Source: Eledone cirrhosa (lineage: Eukaryota). Taken from it: 64,000 bases of DNA. The stretch covers positions 204,848,001 through 204,912,000 of the forward strand of contig OZ024740.1 of the NCBI GenBank assembly GCA_964016885.1. The letters run 5' to 3'. How positions within the stretch are numbered: position 1 is the first letter of the stretch; each line of letters begins with the position of its first letter. Below are positions 1-12,600 of this stretch, in pieces. The notes under the pieces are model-generated. The model searched no databases. It was not told the DNA's origin and saw nothing but the letters and a program-made list of their open reading frames with translations. Position numbers and translations under genes: made by a program.

Positions 1-1820
1 GTGTGTTTTTTGTCGTGACACCTACACAATCTCATTTGTTTCGGCCTGGATGTTGTGGCACCAACATAACTTTACATTGAAAGGGGCGGTGTGGATGGGG
101 TGGGGGTGTGGGACGGGGGTGTATTTTGTTAGAGATGCCTACTGACTGTAGTAGGTTTTACTTTGTATTTAGGTAAGGTGGGTCTTCTCTGTTACTGAGT
201 ACCGCCAAAGGTCTCGGTCCAGTGACATTGTCTTGGAGAGGTGTAAGTGTGTGAGGTCGGAATTTATCAGCTCGTCCCAGGTTTTTCTGGGTCTGCCTAC
301 TCCGTGGCTACCATCTATCTTTATTGCCCTGCACTTTGTTATACAGCTGTCGTCTTTCATGCGCATCACGTGACCATACCAACGTAGCCTTCTCTCGAGT
401 AAACAACATCTGATCCCTCTTATTTCTAATTTTTTCCTTAGTTCGTTTATACTTTGCCGTTCACGTATATTACTATTACACATCCAGCGGAGCATGCAAG
501 CTTCGTTCCTCTCTAGTCTGCGTATATCCTCTGCACACAATGCCCAGGTCTCACTGCCCTGCAACATTGCTGTTCGTATGCAGGCATCATACAACCTGCC
601 TTTCATTTTTAGGGAGAACCCTTTAGCGGCTAATAGTGGTATAAGCTCTCTGAACTTTTTCCATCCAGTTCTGACTATAGCTACTGTACTTTCAGAGCAT
701 CCTCCCCCACTGCTGATTTTGTCACCCAGGTAACGGAAACTGTCCACTATTTCTATAGAACCCTCTGCACAATTGAAAGAGCTAGTATTTTGTGGGCACT
801 TGCTGCTACTTATTGCACCAGAGCACCGGCCACGTGTAAAATCTGTGTTCTTAGTTAGCTTACCTGTGATCCCACTACATCTTTTATGCACCCATACTTT
901 GCATTTGGGACATAAAATGGAGTTTCTACCTACGCCTTTCCTACACACTGAGCATGGCCATTTCCCGGAAGGGACCGGCGCCTTATTTTCTTTCCTACAA
1001 ACTAGAACTTTAGTCTTAGCCAGGTTAATTTTAAGGCCTTTTGATTCTAGGCCGTGGATCCATGTTTGGAATTTCTTCTCTAGCTCGGCCATTGATTCAG
1101 CTATGAGCGTTAGATCATCTGCGTATAGGAGTTCCCATGGGCAGCCGGTCTTGAACTCCTCTGTTATAGACTGAAGGGCAATAATAAATAGTAGGGGGCT
1201 AAGAACACAGCCCTGATGGACACCAACTTTTACGCTAAACTCTTCACTATATTCGTTGTTAATTCTAACCTTGCTGACTGTTTCTTTATACATGGTTTGT
1301 ATAGCTCTCACAAGCCATTCATCAACACCTAGATTTCTAAGAGCCCACCAGATAATGGAACGGGGGACTCTGTCGAAGGCTTTCTCCAAGTCGACAAAAG
1401 CTAAGTATAGGGGTTTACTTTTAGCTAGGTACTTCTCCTGTAGTTGTCGTACAATGAAAAGAGCATCTGTGGTACTTTTGCCTGACACAAACCCGAACTG
1501 TATTTCATCTAGATCAATTCTCTCTCTGATTAGTTGTGCTATTACTTTTTCCGTGACCTTCATGACCTGGTCGATTAATTTAATGCCTCTATAGTTACTC
1601 CTATCTCGGGCGTCTCCTTTACCCTTGTAACAGTTAACGATGATGCTGCTACGCCAGTCCTTCAGAACAACCCCATTCTGTATGACTTGGTTTACTATCC
1701 GGGTGACCATGGTGTGTCCCACCATACCAGAGGCTTTCGGCATCTCAGCAACTATTTACGAAGGCCCAGCCGCCTTACCTGTCTTCATATCTTTGATTGC
1801 CTTACTTATTATACTACCTT
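1..1820 (-). mobile_element. RTE-clade LINE family A, 5'-truncated copy (RT + PHD-like finger + C-terminal domain; ORF 169-1743), 3' UTR runs off window start
   Basis: ORF has RT motifs NYRGIKL, QFGF, FVDLEKAFDRV, GVHQG..LSPLLF, LYADD, FRYLG and the RTE tail WYGHVMR..GRPRKTW. Near-identical to copies at 32k and 51k. 5' end joins (TA)n. Confidence 0.95.
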
Positions 1821-1830
1821 ATATATATAT

Positions 1831-2090
1831 ATTAATTCAAAATATTAATAAATGTAGACACGTAGACACAAAATATTAATAAATGTAGACATGATGAGGA
1901 CGTACTGAAAAAACAGCACAGTACCTCCGAAATATATATAATAAAATATATTTTGATTAAGTGAATGTCTACATTTATTAATATTTTGAATTAATATTAA
2001 TAACTCCAGAAAACCCTTTGTTGAGGGCTTCTAATCTATTGTAAAACTATATTCATTGATTAATCAATGAACCTTGTTTAACTTTTGGTT
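1831..2090 (+). mobile_element. Penelope-like terminal-repeat relic: inverted repeat with truncated hammerhead (1892-1948)
   Basis: Arms 1831-1860 / 1966-1995 are reverse complements. Inside: TGATGA-ggacgtactg..cagtacctcc-GAAA-tatata-TA-ataaaata. Flanked by (TA)n. Confidence 0.6.
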
Positions 2091-2139
2091 ATATATATAT
2101 ATATATATAAATATATATATATATGTGTGTGTGTGTATG

Positions 2140-2660
2140 ACATCTGAAGAATACACGAAGGTGATCAGGAGAGGTACAAGACCAGTTTGGATAAGAATGG
2201 CAATGCACAGGAAAAGATGGTAGGGACTTAACAAGGAATATGGCCAGAAGTTGACAGCCATAACTTAAAGAAGATTATCATTGTTGCATTTTTTGTTGTT
2301 TCTGGGTGGGTACATAGAGTATCAAAGAAGGCCAGAAAGAATGGGAATGAGAATGGCCCAGTGGATGAGTGGAGCCTCACTAAGAGAGAAGAAGGCAAAC
2401 AAGGGATTTTAGAGGATAATGGGGATTGGGTCAGTGATAAATATAATGAAAAGAAATAGAATGAGATGGTTGAGTCATGTGTTGAGGAAGGATGAAAGTG
2501 ATAGAGTTGAATGTGGAAGGAAGCAGAAGAAGACCAAGATAGATATAGTTAAAGATAATGGAGGAGGAAATAAAATCCAGTGATGGGAGATGCAGCCTAT
2601 AGGGAAAAGTGGAAAGGCTGGTGAGGCCTCCCCACTCCTTTCCCCGCAAGACAACCCATG
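2140..2660 (+). mobile_element. Highly decayed RTE-like LINE 3' fragment
   Basis: Degenerate match to the RTE C-terminal region (atgagatggttgagtcatgtgttgagg ~ RWxGHVxR; gaaggaagcagaagaagacca ~ G.R.RGRP). Confidence 0.5.
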
Positions 2661-2694
2661 CTTTAGCAGGGGAGGGGGATTGAGATGGCCTTCA

Positions 2695-2908
2695 CCCTTT
2701 AAACATTTAAATCAGCCACATCTGGCCAGAATTCTCTCACCTCTTTATGTTCAAACTGACTGTAACTAGCTGCTCATACTGATGTTAAGGTATTGTTTTC
2801 AGCATAAATAATCTCATAGATTTGATATTATGTGAGATAACTATGTGAGGTAAAGCCTTTGTCATGAAAACATAATAGTAAATATAGTGTAATGTAAATG
2901 TTAAAGGG
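2695..2908. mobile_element. TTAA-type (piggyBac-like) MITE, family M1
   Basis: TIR ccctttaaacattta / taaatgttaaaggg-TTAA; same body as the copies at 3682, 4261 and 4671. Confidence 0.75.
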
Positions 2909-3681
2909 TTAAACTGTTTGTTGTTATCTGGATCTTATTGTTTGTTCTTACAAATGACAAATTGTAATGACAACTCCTTTGATTGTGGAAAAAGCTGCAA
3001 GTTGATATTTTTCTTGTTTACTTAGTGTCATAGTGTTTATAAAAGCAGTTTTTATCTTAACTGGGATAATTGAAATGCCTTTACTTGTTGGTAAATCCAT
3101 GCAAAGCTCTGGCAGTGTTATAATGAAAGATGAAAAGTTTAAAGTCGGTTGGAAAAACAGAGCCAAACACAATATCATCATCATCATTTAATGTCATTTC
3201 CCTGCTAGTAAGGGTTGGATGGGTCATCATATATCAGGTCTGTGCTCCATCAGAACTACTGACATGTCAACCTGAACCATACCCCCCCTCCCCTCCGCAT
3301 CTCACTCATACATTTCCACACTCTACAGAGTGCACCAGCTGTATTTTATTGTGGCACTAGTGAGGTTGTTATGTATTTGACACAAATGAAGTCTCCTCCC
3401 AACCCTTTGTTTGACAGATTTTCTACAGCTGAATGCCCTTCTTATCATCAATCACTTTATCGAGTGCACTGGGTGCATTTAACTCTACAGAGGTTGTTGT
3501 GTCCCTGGCACAACTGAACATTACTCTCTAAAATCTGCTCCCCAGTGTAAAAACAGGCACACTTGTGATATTAGCACTAAATAGAATAAAACAGGTGCTA
3601 TGTTTTCTGGGAAACACACAAAAACAGTGGAAAGAGAGTAGTATGTGTCTTGAATATAGGTTGTACTAGATTGTTGTTTAA

Positions 3682-3889
3682 CCCTTTAGCATTTAAACTA
3701 GCTGTATCCAGCCAGAATTCTCTCACCTCTTTCTGTTCAAACCAGCTATAACTGGCTGCTCATACTGATGTTAAGGTATTGTTCTCAAAATAAATAACAT
3801 CAATATCTCATAGATTCAATAACATGTGAGATAAAGCCTTTGCTGTGAAAATACAATAGTATATCTAGAGTAATGTAAATGGTAAAGTG
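3682..3889. mobile_element. TTAA-type MITE M1
   Basis: TTAA-ccctttagcattta ... taaatggtaaagtg-TTAA. Confidence 0.85.
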
Positions 3890-4055
3890 TTAAGAAGGAA
3901 AATGTTGCAACTGGTTGGTCTTTCTGAACTGATACTTACCAGCTTTTTTGTTTTTGACAGTTAACTGGGAACTAACAAAACAACCATAGTGTGATAGCAC
4001 TGTTGTGAAAAAAATGCAAAAGATGGGTTTAGGAGATAATTTTTAAAGGTGTAAC

Positions 4056-4232
4056 CAATGCCAGATTTAGGACAAATGAGGCCCTGTGCTAGTTAAGTTA
4101 TGAGGCTCCTTATTTGGACCCTGATGGAAAAATTCCTAGTAAGAAATTTTTTGGGCAGGAAGATGGACCCTTCCCTGGCCAATGGGATCCTGTGCTTAAG
4201 CACACCTAAGCACAATGGTAAATTTGGCACTG
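4056..4232. mobile_element. hAT-type MITE
   Basis: TIR caatgccagattt / aaatttggcactg; 8-bp TSD ggtgtaac/gctgtaac. The empty site is visible in the duplicated segment at ~4643-4650. Confidence 0.8.
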
Positions 4233-4260
4233 GCTGTAACTGTACTAAATATAGTATTAA

Positions 4261-4481
4261 CCCTTTAGCATTTACATTACTCTAGATATACTATTGTATT
4301 TACATGGTAAAGACTTTACCTCACATAATTATCTCACATAATATCAAATCTATGAGATATTGATATTATTTATTTTGAGAACAATACCTTAACATAAGTA
4401 TGAGTTGCCAGTTATGGCTGGTTTGAACAGAAAGAGGTGAGTGAATTCTGGACAGACACTGCCGGTTTAAATGCTAAAGGG
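4261..4481. mobile_element. TTAA-type MITE M1 (opposite orientation to 3682)
   Basis: TTAA-ccctttagcattta ... taaatgctaaaggg-TTAA. Confidence 0.85.
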
Positions 4482-4670
4482 TTAAGAGGGAAAATGTTGC
4501 AACTCTGGCTGGTCCTTTCTGAATTCACACTTACCAGCTTCTTTGTTTTTGACAGTTAACTGGGAATTAACAAAACAAACATGGTGTGATAGCACTGTTG
4601 TGAAAAAAAGGAAAAAAAGGTGTTTAGGAGATCATTTTTAGAGGTCTAACTCTACTAAATATACTATTAA

Positions 4671-4878
4671 CCCTTTAGCATTTACATTACTGTAGATATA
4701 CTATTGTATTTTCACAGTAAAATCTTTACCTCACATAATATCAAATCTATGAGATTTTGATATTATTTATTTTAAGAACAATACCTTAACATCAGTATAA
4801 ATGGCCAGTTACAGCCAGTTTGAACAGAAAAGAGTGAAAGAGTTCTGGCCAGATACAGCCAGTTTAAATACTAAAGGG
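4671..4878. mobile_element. TTAA-type MITE M1
   Basis: TTAA-ccctttagcattta ... taaatactaaaggg-TTAA. Confidence 0.85.
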
Positions 4879-5022
4879 TTAAAGATTGTGGTCAATGTGC
4901 CAACTGAAAGACTGACATTTATCCTGAGTAGAATCATCAAACATGCACAAACTAAACCAAAGTATTGCTTGCCATTGTGTATACTGTTCAATATTGTGTA
5001 GGTATACAGGCTTGCTTCTAGT

Positions 5023-5146
5023 TTTCTTATGTGACACAGAGAAGACAGCAATGAGTATGTGACTTTCTTATGTGACACAGAGAAGGCAGCAATGAGTATG
5101 TGACTTTCTTATGTGACACAGAGAAGGCAGCAGTGAGTATGTGACA
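5023..5146. repeat. Tandem repeat, ~41 bp x3
   Basis: tttcttatgtgacacagagaaggcagcaatgagtatgtgac repeated three times. Confidence 0.9.
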
Positions 5147-5319
5147 TATAAGAAGCTTTTATTTTAAATACATATCAACAATATTCAGCATATGTGTGAC
5201 ATATACTCCCCACTTCTGACCAGGTTCCCTTCCAACCAATCAACTGTAAGTCAATAGAGATGTTATATATAGTTATTATATATGTATTATTTATATGTAC
5301 TGTCCTGCAGAATCCAATT

Positions 5320-5530
5320 TATTTTATGTAGAATCGTTAGTGTGTCCAACAAAATAATTTGCAGCATTTAGTTATGGCTATTTGCATTCTGAGTTTAAAT
5401 CCTGCCGAGGTCGATTTTGCCATTCATCCTTCTGGGTTCAATAAAATAAAATATCAGTCACGTGCTGGGGTTGATATAATCAATTTTTCCTGTCCTTCAA
5501 ATTGTTGGTTTTGTGCCTAAATTAAAAAAT
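5320..5530 (+). mobile_element. tRNA-derived SINE family S1, decayed
   Basis: B-box-like gagtttaaatcc followed by the gcc(t)ttcatcct..ggg..caataaaataaa core shared with ~15 copies in the window. Confidence 0.7.
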
Positions 5531-6079
5531 CCTTATACATATGTACCCAGACGAGGCTTTTGCTTCTTTGCGTGTATTTAGATGTAGGAATATTTCAATT
5601 TATATGTTGAAGCATAATGGATGCCAAAAGAAAATGTGTGTGGAAATATATATGGCCATAACTGCAATTAGTTGTAAGTGGCAAAGCCCATATCTTGAGG
5701 AATGTGTGTCGTGTCTAATGTGGGTACATTTGCAATATAACAATGCTTCTAATTTAATTTCCTAGGACATATGAGAGAAATCCCTGTTAAAAATATTCTC
5801 ACCATTTTCTTCTCTTTTTCTTTTTTTTTTTTTACTCAGTAGGACTGAAGGAAGGAGCAATATCCGTAAGACCAGGGAAACCAACACCATTCATGTTTTG
5901 TCGGATTTGTTGCAGTGGCTGTAGTGTGTTGATAAATTAATCTTTACCAATCAGCTGACTGATCTTTTAAGGTCCACTCCTTAAAACAACAAGGGAATTC
6001 CTGAGAACCAACAGGAAAGTCTGGGAATAGTGGAGGTCATGGAGGGGTTGAACAGATCATGAGGACCAGAGACTACTAT

Positions 6080-6535
6080 AATTGTTTCTACTTTAGGCAC
6101 AAGGCCAGCAATCACCCAGTGCATTACTGGTACTTTATTTTATCGACCCCGTAAGGATGAAAGGCAAAGTCAACCTCGGCGGGATTTGAACTCAGATCAT
6201 AAAGGGAGATAACTATGCTGGAAAGGAAAGCATGGCGTCAGACCCTCTACCGATACTCCCAATGGTAGAAGAGGTAGAACAAGAAGATAGCATATCTGTG
6301 GGTCAGTGGCTGGAGTGAAGGTGGTATGTGACTAGCAAGGTCTGATAATGGTTTCTAATTTAGGCATAAGGCCAGCAATTTAGTGGAAAGGGAAGTCTAT
6401 ATCAACCTCAGTATTTGACTGGTACAATATTTTATCAACCTAGGAAGGATGAGGCAAAGTTAACCTTGGTATGTAGAAATCCATAACTAAATACCACAAA
6501 GCATTTTGTCCTATGCTCTTCTGATACTACCAATA
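6080..6535 (-). mobile_element. Two S1 SINE copies (6080-6265, 6350-6535)
   Basis: Reverse complement of the S1 consensus (attgtttctactttaggcacaaggccagcaat...ggatgaaaggcaaagtcaacctcggcgggatttgaactc). Confidence 0.8.
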
Positions 6536-6657
6536 CCCTTCTGAGGGTTAACAATGAAAGTTATCCTATACTAAGCCAATGTGAGATTACATTTATATGC
6601 AACAGATTTTTGTCTAGTGTTGTTCACATAGATTTCACAAACTGTCATACATTTCAG

Positions 6658-6900
6658 TTAACTATTTTGAAACCAAGCCACCTGAAACCATACCTGGATC
6701 TACAATACAAAACTGTTTATTTTTAAGCGTTTATCTAAAAACCTTGCCTAATAATTTTATGTAAGAATATTTATGTTCCAAATACCACCAACTTTACAAT
6801 AAGAAAGTTATATGTCCATCAAAATTATTGTTTATTTTCAAAAATATTTGCAAATCATAAACAGTGTCTTTCATTAGGAATAAGGTAATGAGAGAGTTAA
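6658..6900. mobile_element. TTAA-flanked MITE family M2
   Basis: TTAA ends; body similar to 38179-38760, 39138-39722, 39727-39980 and 41165-41420. Confidence 0.6.
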
Positions 6901-7259
6901 AGGTTATTTTAAATTTTAATGTAACTTAAAACTTGTCATGATCTCACATTGGTTTCAATGTCAAAGGGGCATAATTTGCTGTGAGTTAAACTACATATTT
7001 TTATCATAACAATTGTCCTCTGCATCATCATCATCGTCATAACCATCTCAATCTCCACTGCCATCACCACAATCAACATTACAATAGCAAGTCTACCACT
7101 GAGCTTCCCTTGATAAAATATATATATTTGAAAAAAGAACAGATTAGCACATATATATATTTAGTGGCACTCCGTCAGTTATGACGACAAGTATTCCTGT
7201 TGATATGATCAACGGAACAGCCTGCTTGTGAAATTAACTGCAAGTGGCTGAGTATTCCA

Positions 7260-7930
7260 CAAAACATGGAAAAGATAGACTCTATATTCGGCAGATGCAC
7301 AGGAGAAGTGAGCACAAAGAGCATGCGTGAAATAGATTCCATTAACTGCCAAGGGGTCGGTCTCCTTACAAGTTGTCAACAGCTTTTGCTACTTAAGTAA
7401 TCAAATTAGTAGTGGGGGAGGATGAGCCAACAGTGTGATAGCTAGGATAAGAACAGGCTGGAATAAGTTTAGAGATATATTACCATGGCTAACAACAAAA
7501 TGCTTTTCTCTCCGAGTGAAGGGTAGACTGTATGACACCTGTGTGCGAAGTGCAATGCTACATGGCAGTGAAACATGGGCCTTGACTGCAGAATACTTGC
7601 AGAGGTTAGAAAGAAATGAGTTGAGTATAATCTGATGGATGTGTAATGTTAGTGTGCATGAGCGACATAGCATAAGTAAACTGAGAGAAAAACTTAGTAT
7701 GAGAAGAATTAGATGTAGTGTGTATGAGAGAAGACGGCATTAGTATGGACATGTGATGTGCATGGAAGATAACAGCTGCATAAAGAAATACAGAGAAACC
7801 CCAGTGGCTGGGACCCTAATGTTTAGTGATCTACACAATAAACACACCCAGTACACACTGTAAAGTGGTTGGTGATAGGACGGGCTTCCAACCAAAGAAA
7901 GCGTACCAAACAAAAACTTGAGAAGACCTT
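7260..7930 (+). mobile_element. Decayed RTE family A-related 3' fragment
   Basis: ORF 7435-7635 ARIRTGWNKFRDILPWL...SAMLHGSETWAL; downstream remnants of the 3' UTR repeat. Confidence 0.85.
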
Positions 7931-8169
7931 CAAGCGGGTTGGCTTGCCTCAAATATTCCTTATGATGTGATGTGCAGCTGATTGTCGCACTTGGTGGTGA
8001 ATTGATGGTCGTTTTTGTTTTTGCTTCCCCTTTTTTTCTCTTTTTTCTTTCTTTCTCTCACTCTGGTCATATATTTTGGTACGTTGTTCATTTGAGGTTG
8101 CTAGCTATGGTTAATTGTATTTGTTATATGGGCTTATATTTGTGTTTATCAACATTATGTTTGTAATTC

Positions 8170-8400
8170 TGAAAGAATGGTGAGCAACTTACAATCATAA
8201 TTTTGGGGGTTTGATTCTTGGACCAGTTGATGCATTATGTTCTGGAGAAAAAACATTATATTTCATGTTGTTTCAGTTCACACAGCTGAAAATAAGTAGC
8301 AGCTGTAGCTGGGGGTTAACTCCCAACAATTACTTATTACCAATGAAACTAGGATAAGCATTGGCCTGATGAGCTTCGGGGCTTGGGACAAACTTTTACT
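8170..8400 (+). mobile_element. Decayed tRNA-derived SINE related to S2
   Basis: Degenerate B-box (ggtttgattc) and a central domain resembling 36090-36150. Confidence 0.45.
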
Positions 8401-8429
8401 TTTTTCAACCAAGGTCCTTTATTGGGCAT

Positions 8430-8625
8430 ATACTACTCAATGGTAGAGCCTATAGCAGTGGAGACGTCCAGCGTTCTTGGCTCCCAGACCACATCCCTAC
8501 TTTCAGCTATCGGGGCAGAGTTGGCCGCTTGCAGGTGCGAGCTCCTCAAGGTGGAGTGGCTGTTTCAGCGTGTCTCCCTTGCCATCATCCAGGGCAATGT
8601 ATTCTTCATCCTATTGGCTGGGACC
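8430..8625 (+). mobile_element. Fragment of CRE-like non-LTR element, restriction-like endonuclease C-terminus
   Basis: PIAVETSSVLG...IGAELA...EWLFQRVSLAIIQGNVFFIL matches the P.AVET.G..G / L.QRLS.AIQRGNA pattern recalled for CRE-clade RLE domains. Confidence 0.7.
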
Positions 8626-8719
8626 CAGAGGTGGAGGGCAAGTTACTTGGTGGTGGAGGATGGAGGATACTCATTTGGACATCACTTCTACAGCTAAAGT
8701 ATATTTACATTTATACAAT

Positions 8720-9110
8720 GGTGACAAGACAAAAGTGCCCAGGTCACACTGTAAAGTGGTGGTGTAGGTGACACGACAAAAAGTGCCCAGCCCACACTGT
8801 AAAGTGGTTGTATTGGTGACATGACAATAGTGCCCAGCCCTCACTGTAAAGTGGTTGTATTGAAGACATGACAATAGTGCCCATCAGACACTGTAAAGTG
8901 GTCATGTAGGAATCAAGATAAAAAGCACCCAGTCCACGCTGTAAATGTGGTTGAAGCTAGGAAGAGCATCCAGCTGTAGAAACCTAGTCAAAATCAGTTC
9001 TGTATGAACAAATCATGGTCCCCCGACCAAGCTGTCTCACAATGGGACAACTCATCTAACCCATGCTAGCGTGGTAACTGGATGTTAAACGATGATGATG
9101 ATAATGATAA
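8720..9110 (+). mobile_element. RTE family A-type 3' UTR with ~6 tandem ~47-bp units and (ATG)n tail
   Basis: Repeated gtgcccagcccacactgtaaagtggt units, then ccatgctagcgtgg...ggatgttaaacgatgatgatg. Confidence 0.8.
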
Positions 9111-9233
9111 ACATCAACATCAAGCTCCTTTAACTCATGCAGTCAGTAGTTGGAGTGTCACTCTAGATATTTTCACAGTTAGCAGTTGCCACTGGTCTCT
9201 GTCCTTCATGCCCATAAAGGTCATGGTGTTGTG

Positions 9234-9548
9234 CAGGACTAGATTTAATGAGGGACAAAGGGGGCAATATTCCAGGGCCCTCTACAGTGGGTGGGTGGGA
9301 GGGGGCACCAGTAAAAGCCGTAGCAATTTATTTGTGCCCTCAACTAGGCTTTTTAGTTTTAGTTAAGTTAGAATGTTTGAATTTAATACCTGTATATATA
9401 ACTTTTCAATTCCAATTTCTTGAACCAAGCTAACTTTGATATGTAAAATTGGGGGGTTGCTGTGTATTCTTTTTTTGTGTGTATAATTCCCCCCACCCCC
9501 GAAATGCCCCCCACCCCACCCCACCCCCCAGGGTCAAATCCAAACCTG
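9234..9548. mobile_element. hAT-like MITE
   Basis: TIR caggactagattt / aaatccaaacctg; degenerate 8-bp TSD gtgttgtg/ctgttgta. Confidence 0.55.
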
Positions 9549-9664
9549 CTGTTGTATAACATCTAGTCCACCATGTTGTTAGACACCAGAATTTTCTTTA
9601 TTTGCCTCTTCTTCCCCTCCTTCAACTGTGCCCTAAAGAATGGTTTTGAACAAGGAATTATAGC

Positions 9665-12600
9665 AGGGTATATGTAACTAACAGTACCCACGTTTGGGAC
9701 AGGGGATCATGACTGGGTATATGTAACTAACAGTACCCAGGTTTGGGACAGGGAATCATGACTGGGTATATGTGACTAACAGTACCCAGGTTTGGGACAG
9801 GGGATCATGACTGGGTATATGTGACTAACAGTACCCAGGTTTGGGACAGGGAATCATGACTGGGTATATGTAACTAACAGTACCCAGGTTTGGGACAGGG
9901 AATCATGACTGGGTATATGTGACTAACAGTACCCATGTTTGGGACAGGGAATCATGACTGGGTATATGTGACTAACAGTACCCAGGTTTGGGACAGGGAA
10001 TCATGACTGGGTATATGTAACTAACAGTACCCAGGTTTGGGACAGGGAATCATGACTGGGTATATGTGACTAACAGTACCCAGGTTTGGGACAGGGAATC
10101 ATGGCTGGGTATATGTAACTAACAGTACCCAGGTTTGGGACAGGGGATCATGACTGGGTATATGTGACTAACAGTACCCAGGTTTGGGACAGGGAATCAT
10201 GACTGGGTATATGTGACTAACAGTACCCATGTTTGGGACAGGGAATCATGACTGGGTATATGTGACTAACAGTACCCATGTTTGGGACAGGGAATCATGA
10301 CTGGGTATATGTAACTAACAGTACCCAGGTTTGGGACAGGGAATCATGACTGGGTATATGTGACTAACAGTACCCATGTTTGGGACAGGGAATCATGACT
10401 GGGTATATGTAACTAACAGTACCCAGGTTTGGGACAGGGAATCATGACTGGGTATATGTGACTAACAGTACCCATGTTTGGGACAGGGGATCATGACTGG
10501 GTAGATGTGACTAACAGTACCCAGGTTTGGGACAGGGAATCATGACTGGGTATATGTGACTAACAGTACCCATGTTTGGGACAGGGAATTATGACTGGGT
10601 ATATGTGACTAACAGTACCCAGGTTTAGGACAGGGGATCATGACTGGGTATATGTAACTAACAGTACCCAGGTTTGGGACAGGGAATTATGGCAGGGTAT
10701 ATGTGACTAACAGTACCCAGGTTTGGGACAGGGAATTATGGCTGGGTATATGTGACTAACAGTACCCAGGTTTGGGACAGGGAATTATGGCTGGGTATAT
10801 GTGACTAACAGTACCCAGGTTTGGGACAGGGAATCATGGCTGGGTATATGTGACTAACAGTACCCAGGTTTGGGACAGGGAATTATGGCTGGGTATATGT
10901 GACTAACAGTACCCAGGTTTGGGACAGGGAATTATGGCTGGGTAGATGTGACTAACAGTACCCAGGTTTGGGACAGGGAATTATGGCTGGGTATATGTGA
11001 CTAACAGTACCCAGGTTTGGGACAGGGAATCATGGCTGGGTATATGTGACTAACAGTACCCAGGTTTGGGACAGGGGATCATGACTGGGTATATGTAACT
11101 AACAGTACCCAGGTTTGGGACAGGGAATCATGGCTGGGTATATGTGACTAACAGTACCCATGTTTGGGACAGGGAATTATGACTGGGTATATGTGACTAA
11201 CAGTACCCAGGTTTGGGACAGGGAATTATGGCTGGGTATATGTGACTAACAGTACCCAGGTTTGGGACAGGGAATCATGGCTGGGTATATGTGACTAACA
11301 GTACCCAGGTTTGGGACAGGGAATCATGGCTGGGTATATGTGACTAACAGTACCCAGGTTTGGGACAGGGAATCATGACTGGGTAGATGTGACTAACAGT
11401 ACCCAGGTTTGGGACAGGGAATCATGACTGGGTATATGTAACTAACAGTACCCAGGTTTGGGACAGGGAATCATGACTGGGTATATGTGACTAACAGTAC
11501 CCAGGTTTGGGACAGGGAATCATGGCTGGGTATATGTGACTAACAGTACCCAGGTTTGGGACAGGGAATCATGACTGGGTATATGTAACTAACAGTACCC
11601 AGGTTTGGGACAGGGAATCATGACTGGGTATATGTGACTAACAGTACCCAGGTTTGGGACAGGGAATCATGGCTGGGTATATGTGACTAACAGTACCCAG
11701 GTTTGGGACAGGGAATCATGGCTGGGTATATGTGACTAACAGTACCCAGGTTTGGGACAGGGGATCATGACTGGGTAGATGTAACTAACAGTACCCAGGT
11801 TTGGGACAGGGAATCATGGCTGGGTTTATGTGACTAACAGTACCCAGGTTTGGGACAGGGAATCATGACTGGGTATATGTGACTAACAGTACCCAGGTTT
11901 GGGACAGGGAATTATGACTGGGTATATGTGACTAACAGTACCCAGGTTTGGGACAGGGAATCATGACTGGGTATATGTGACTAACAGTACCCAGGTTTGG
12001 GACAGGGAATCATGGCTGGGTTTATGTGACTAACAGTACCCAGGTTTGGGACAGGGAATCATGGCTGGGTATATGTGACTAACAGTACCCAGGTTTGGGA
12101 CAGGGAATCATGACTGGGTATATGTGACTAACAGTACCCAGGTTTGGGACAGGGAATCATGACTGGGTAGATGTGACTAACAGTACCCAGGTTTGGGACA
12201 GGGGATCATGACTGGGTATATGTAACTAACAGTACCCAGGTTTGGGACAGGGAATCATGACTGGGTATATGTGACTAACAGTACCCAGGTTTGGGACAGG
12301 GAATCATGGCTGGGTATATGTGACTAACAGTACCCATGTTTGGGACAGGGAATCATGACTGGGTATATGTGACTAACAGTACCCAGGTTTGGGACAGGGA
12401 ATCATGGCTGGGTATATGTGACTAACAGTACCCAGGTTTGGGACAGGGAATCATGACTGGGTATATGTGACTAACAGTACCCAGGTTTGGGACAGGGGAT
12501 TATGACTGGGTAGATGTGACTAACAGTACCCAGGTTTGGGACAGGGAATCATGGCTGGGTTTATGTGACTAACAGTACCCAGGTTTGGGACAGGGAATCA

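Noticed and set aside
494-1879. Plus-strand ORFs recurring over RTE copies (also at 32k, 44k, 51k, 57k)
   Set aside because: Antisense shadows of the RT ORF, conserved only because the copies are near-identical.
8366-8395. CTGATGA hammerhead candidate
   Set aside because: No GAAA after the small stem and no stems I/III; lies in a SINE tail.
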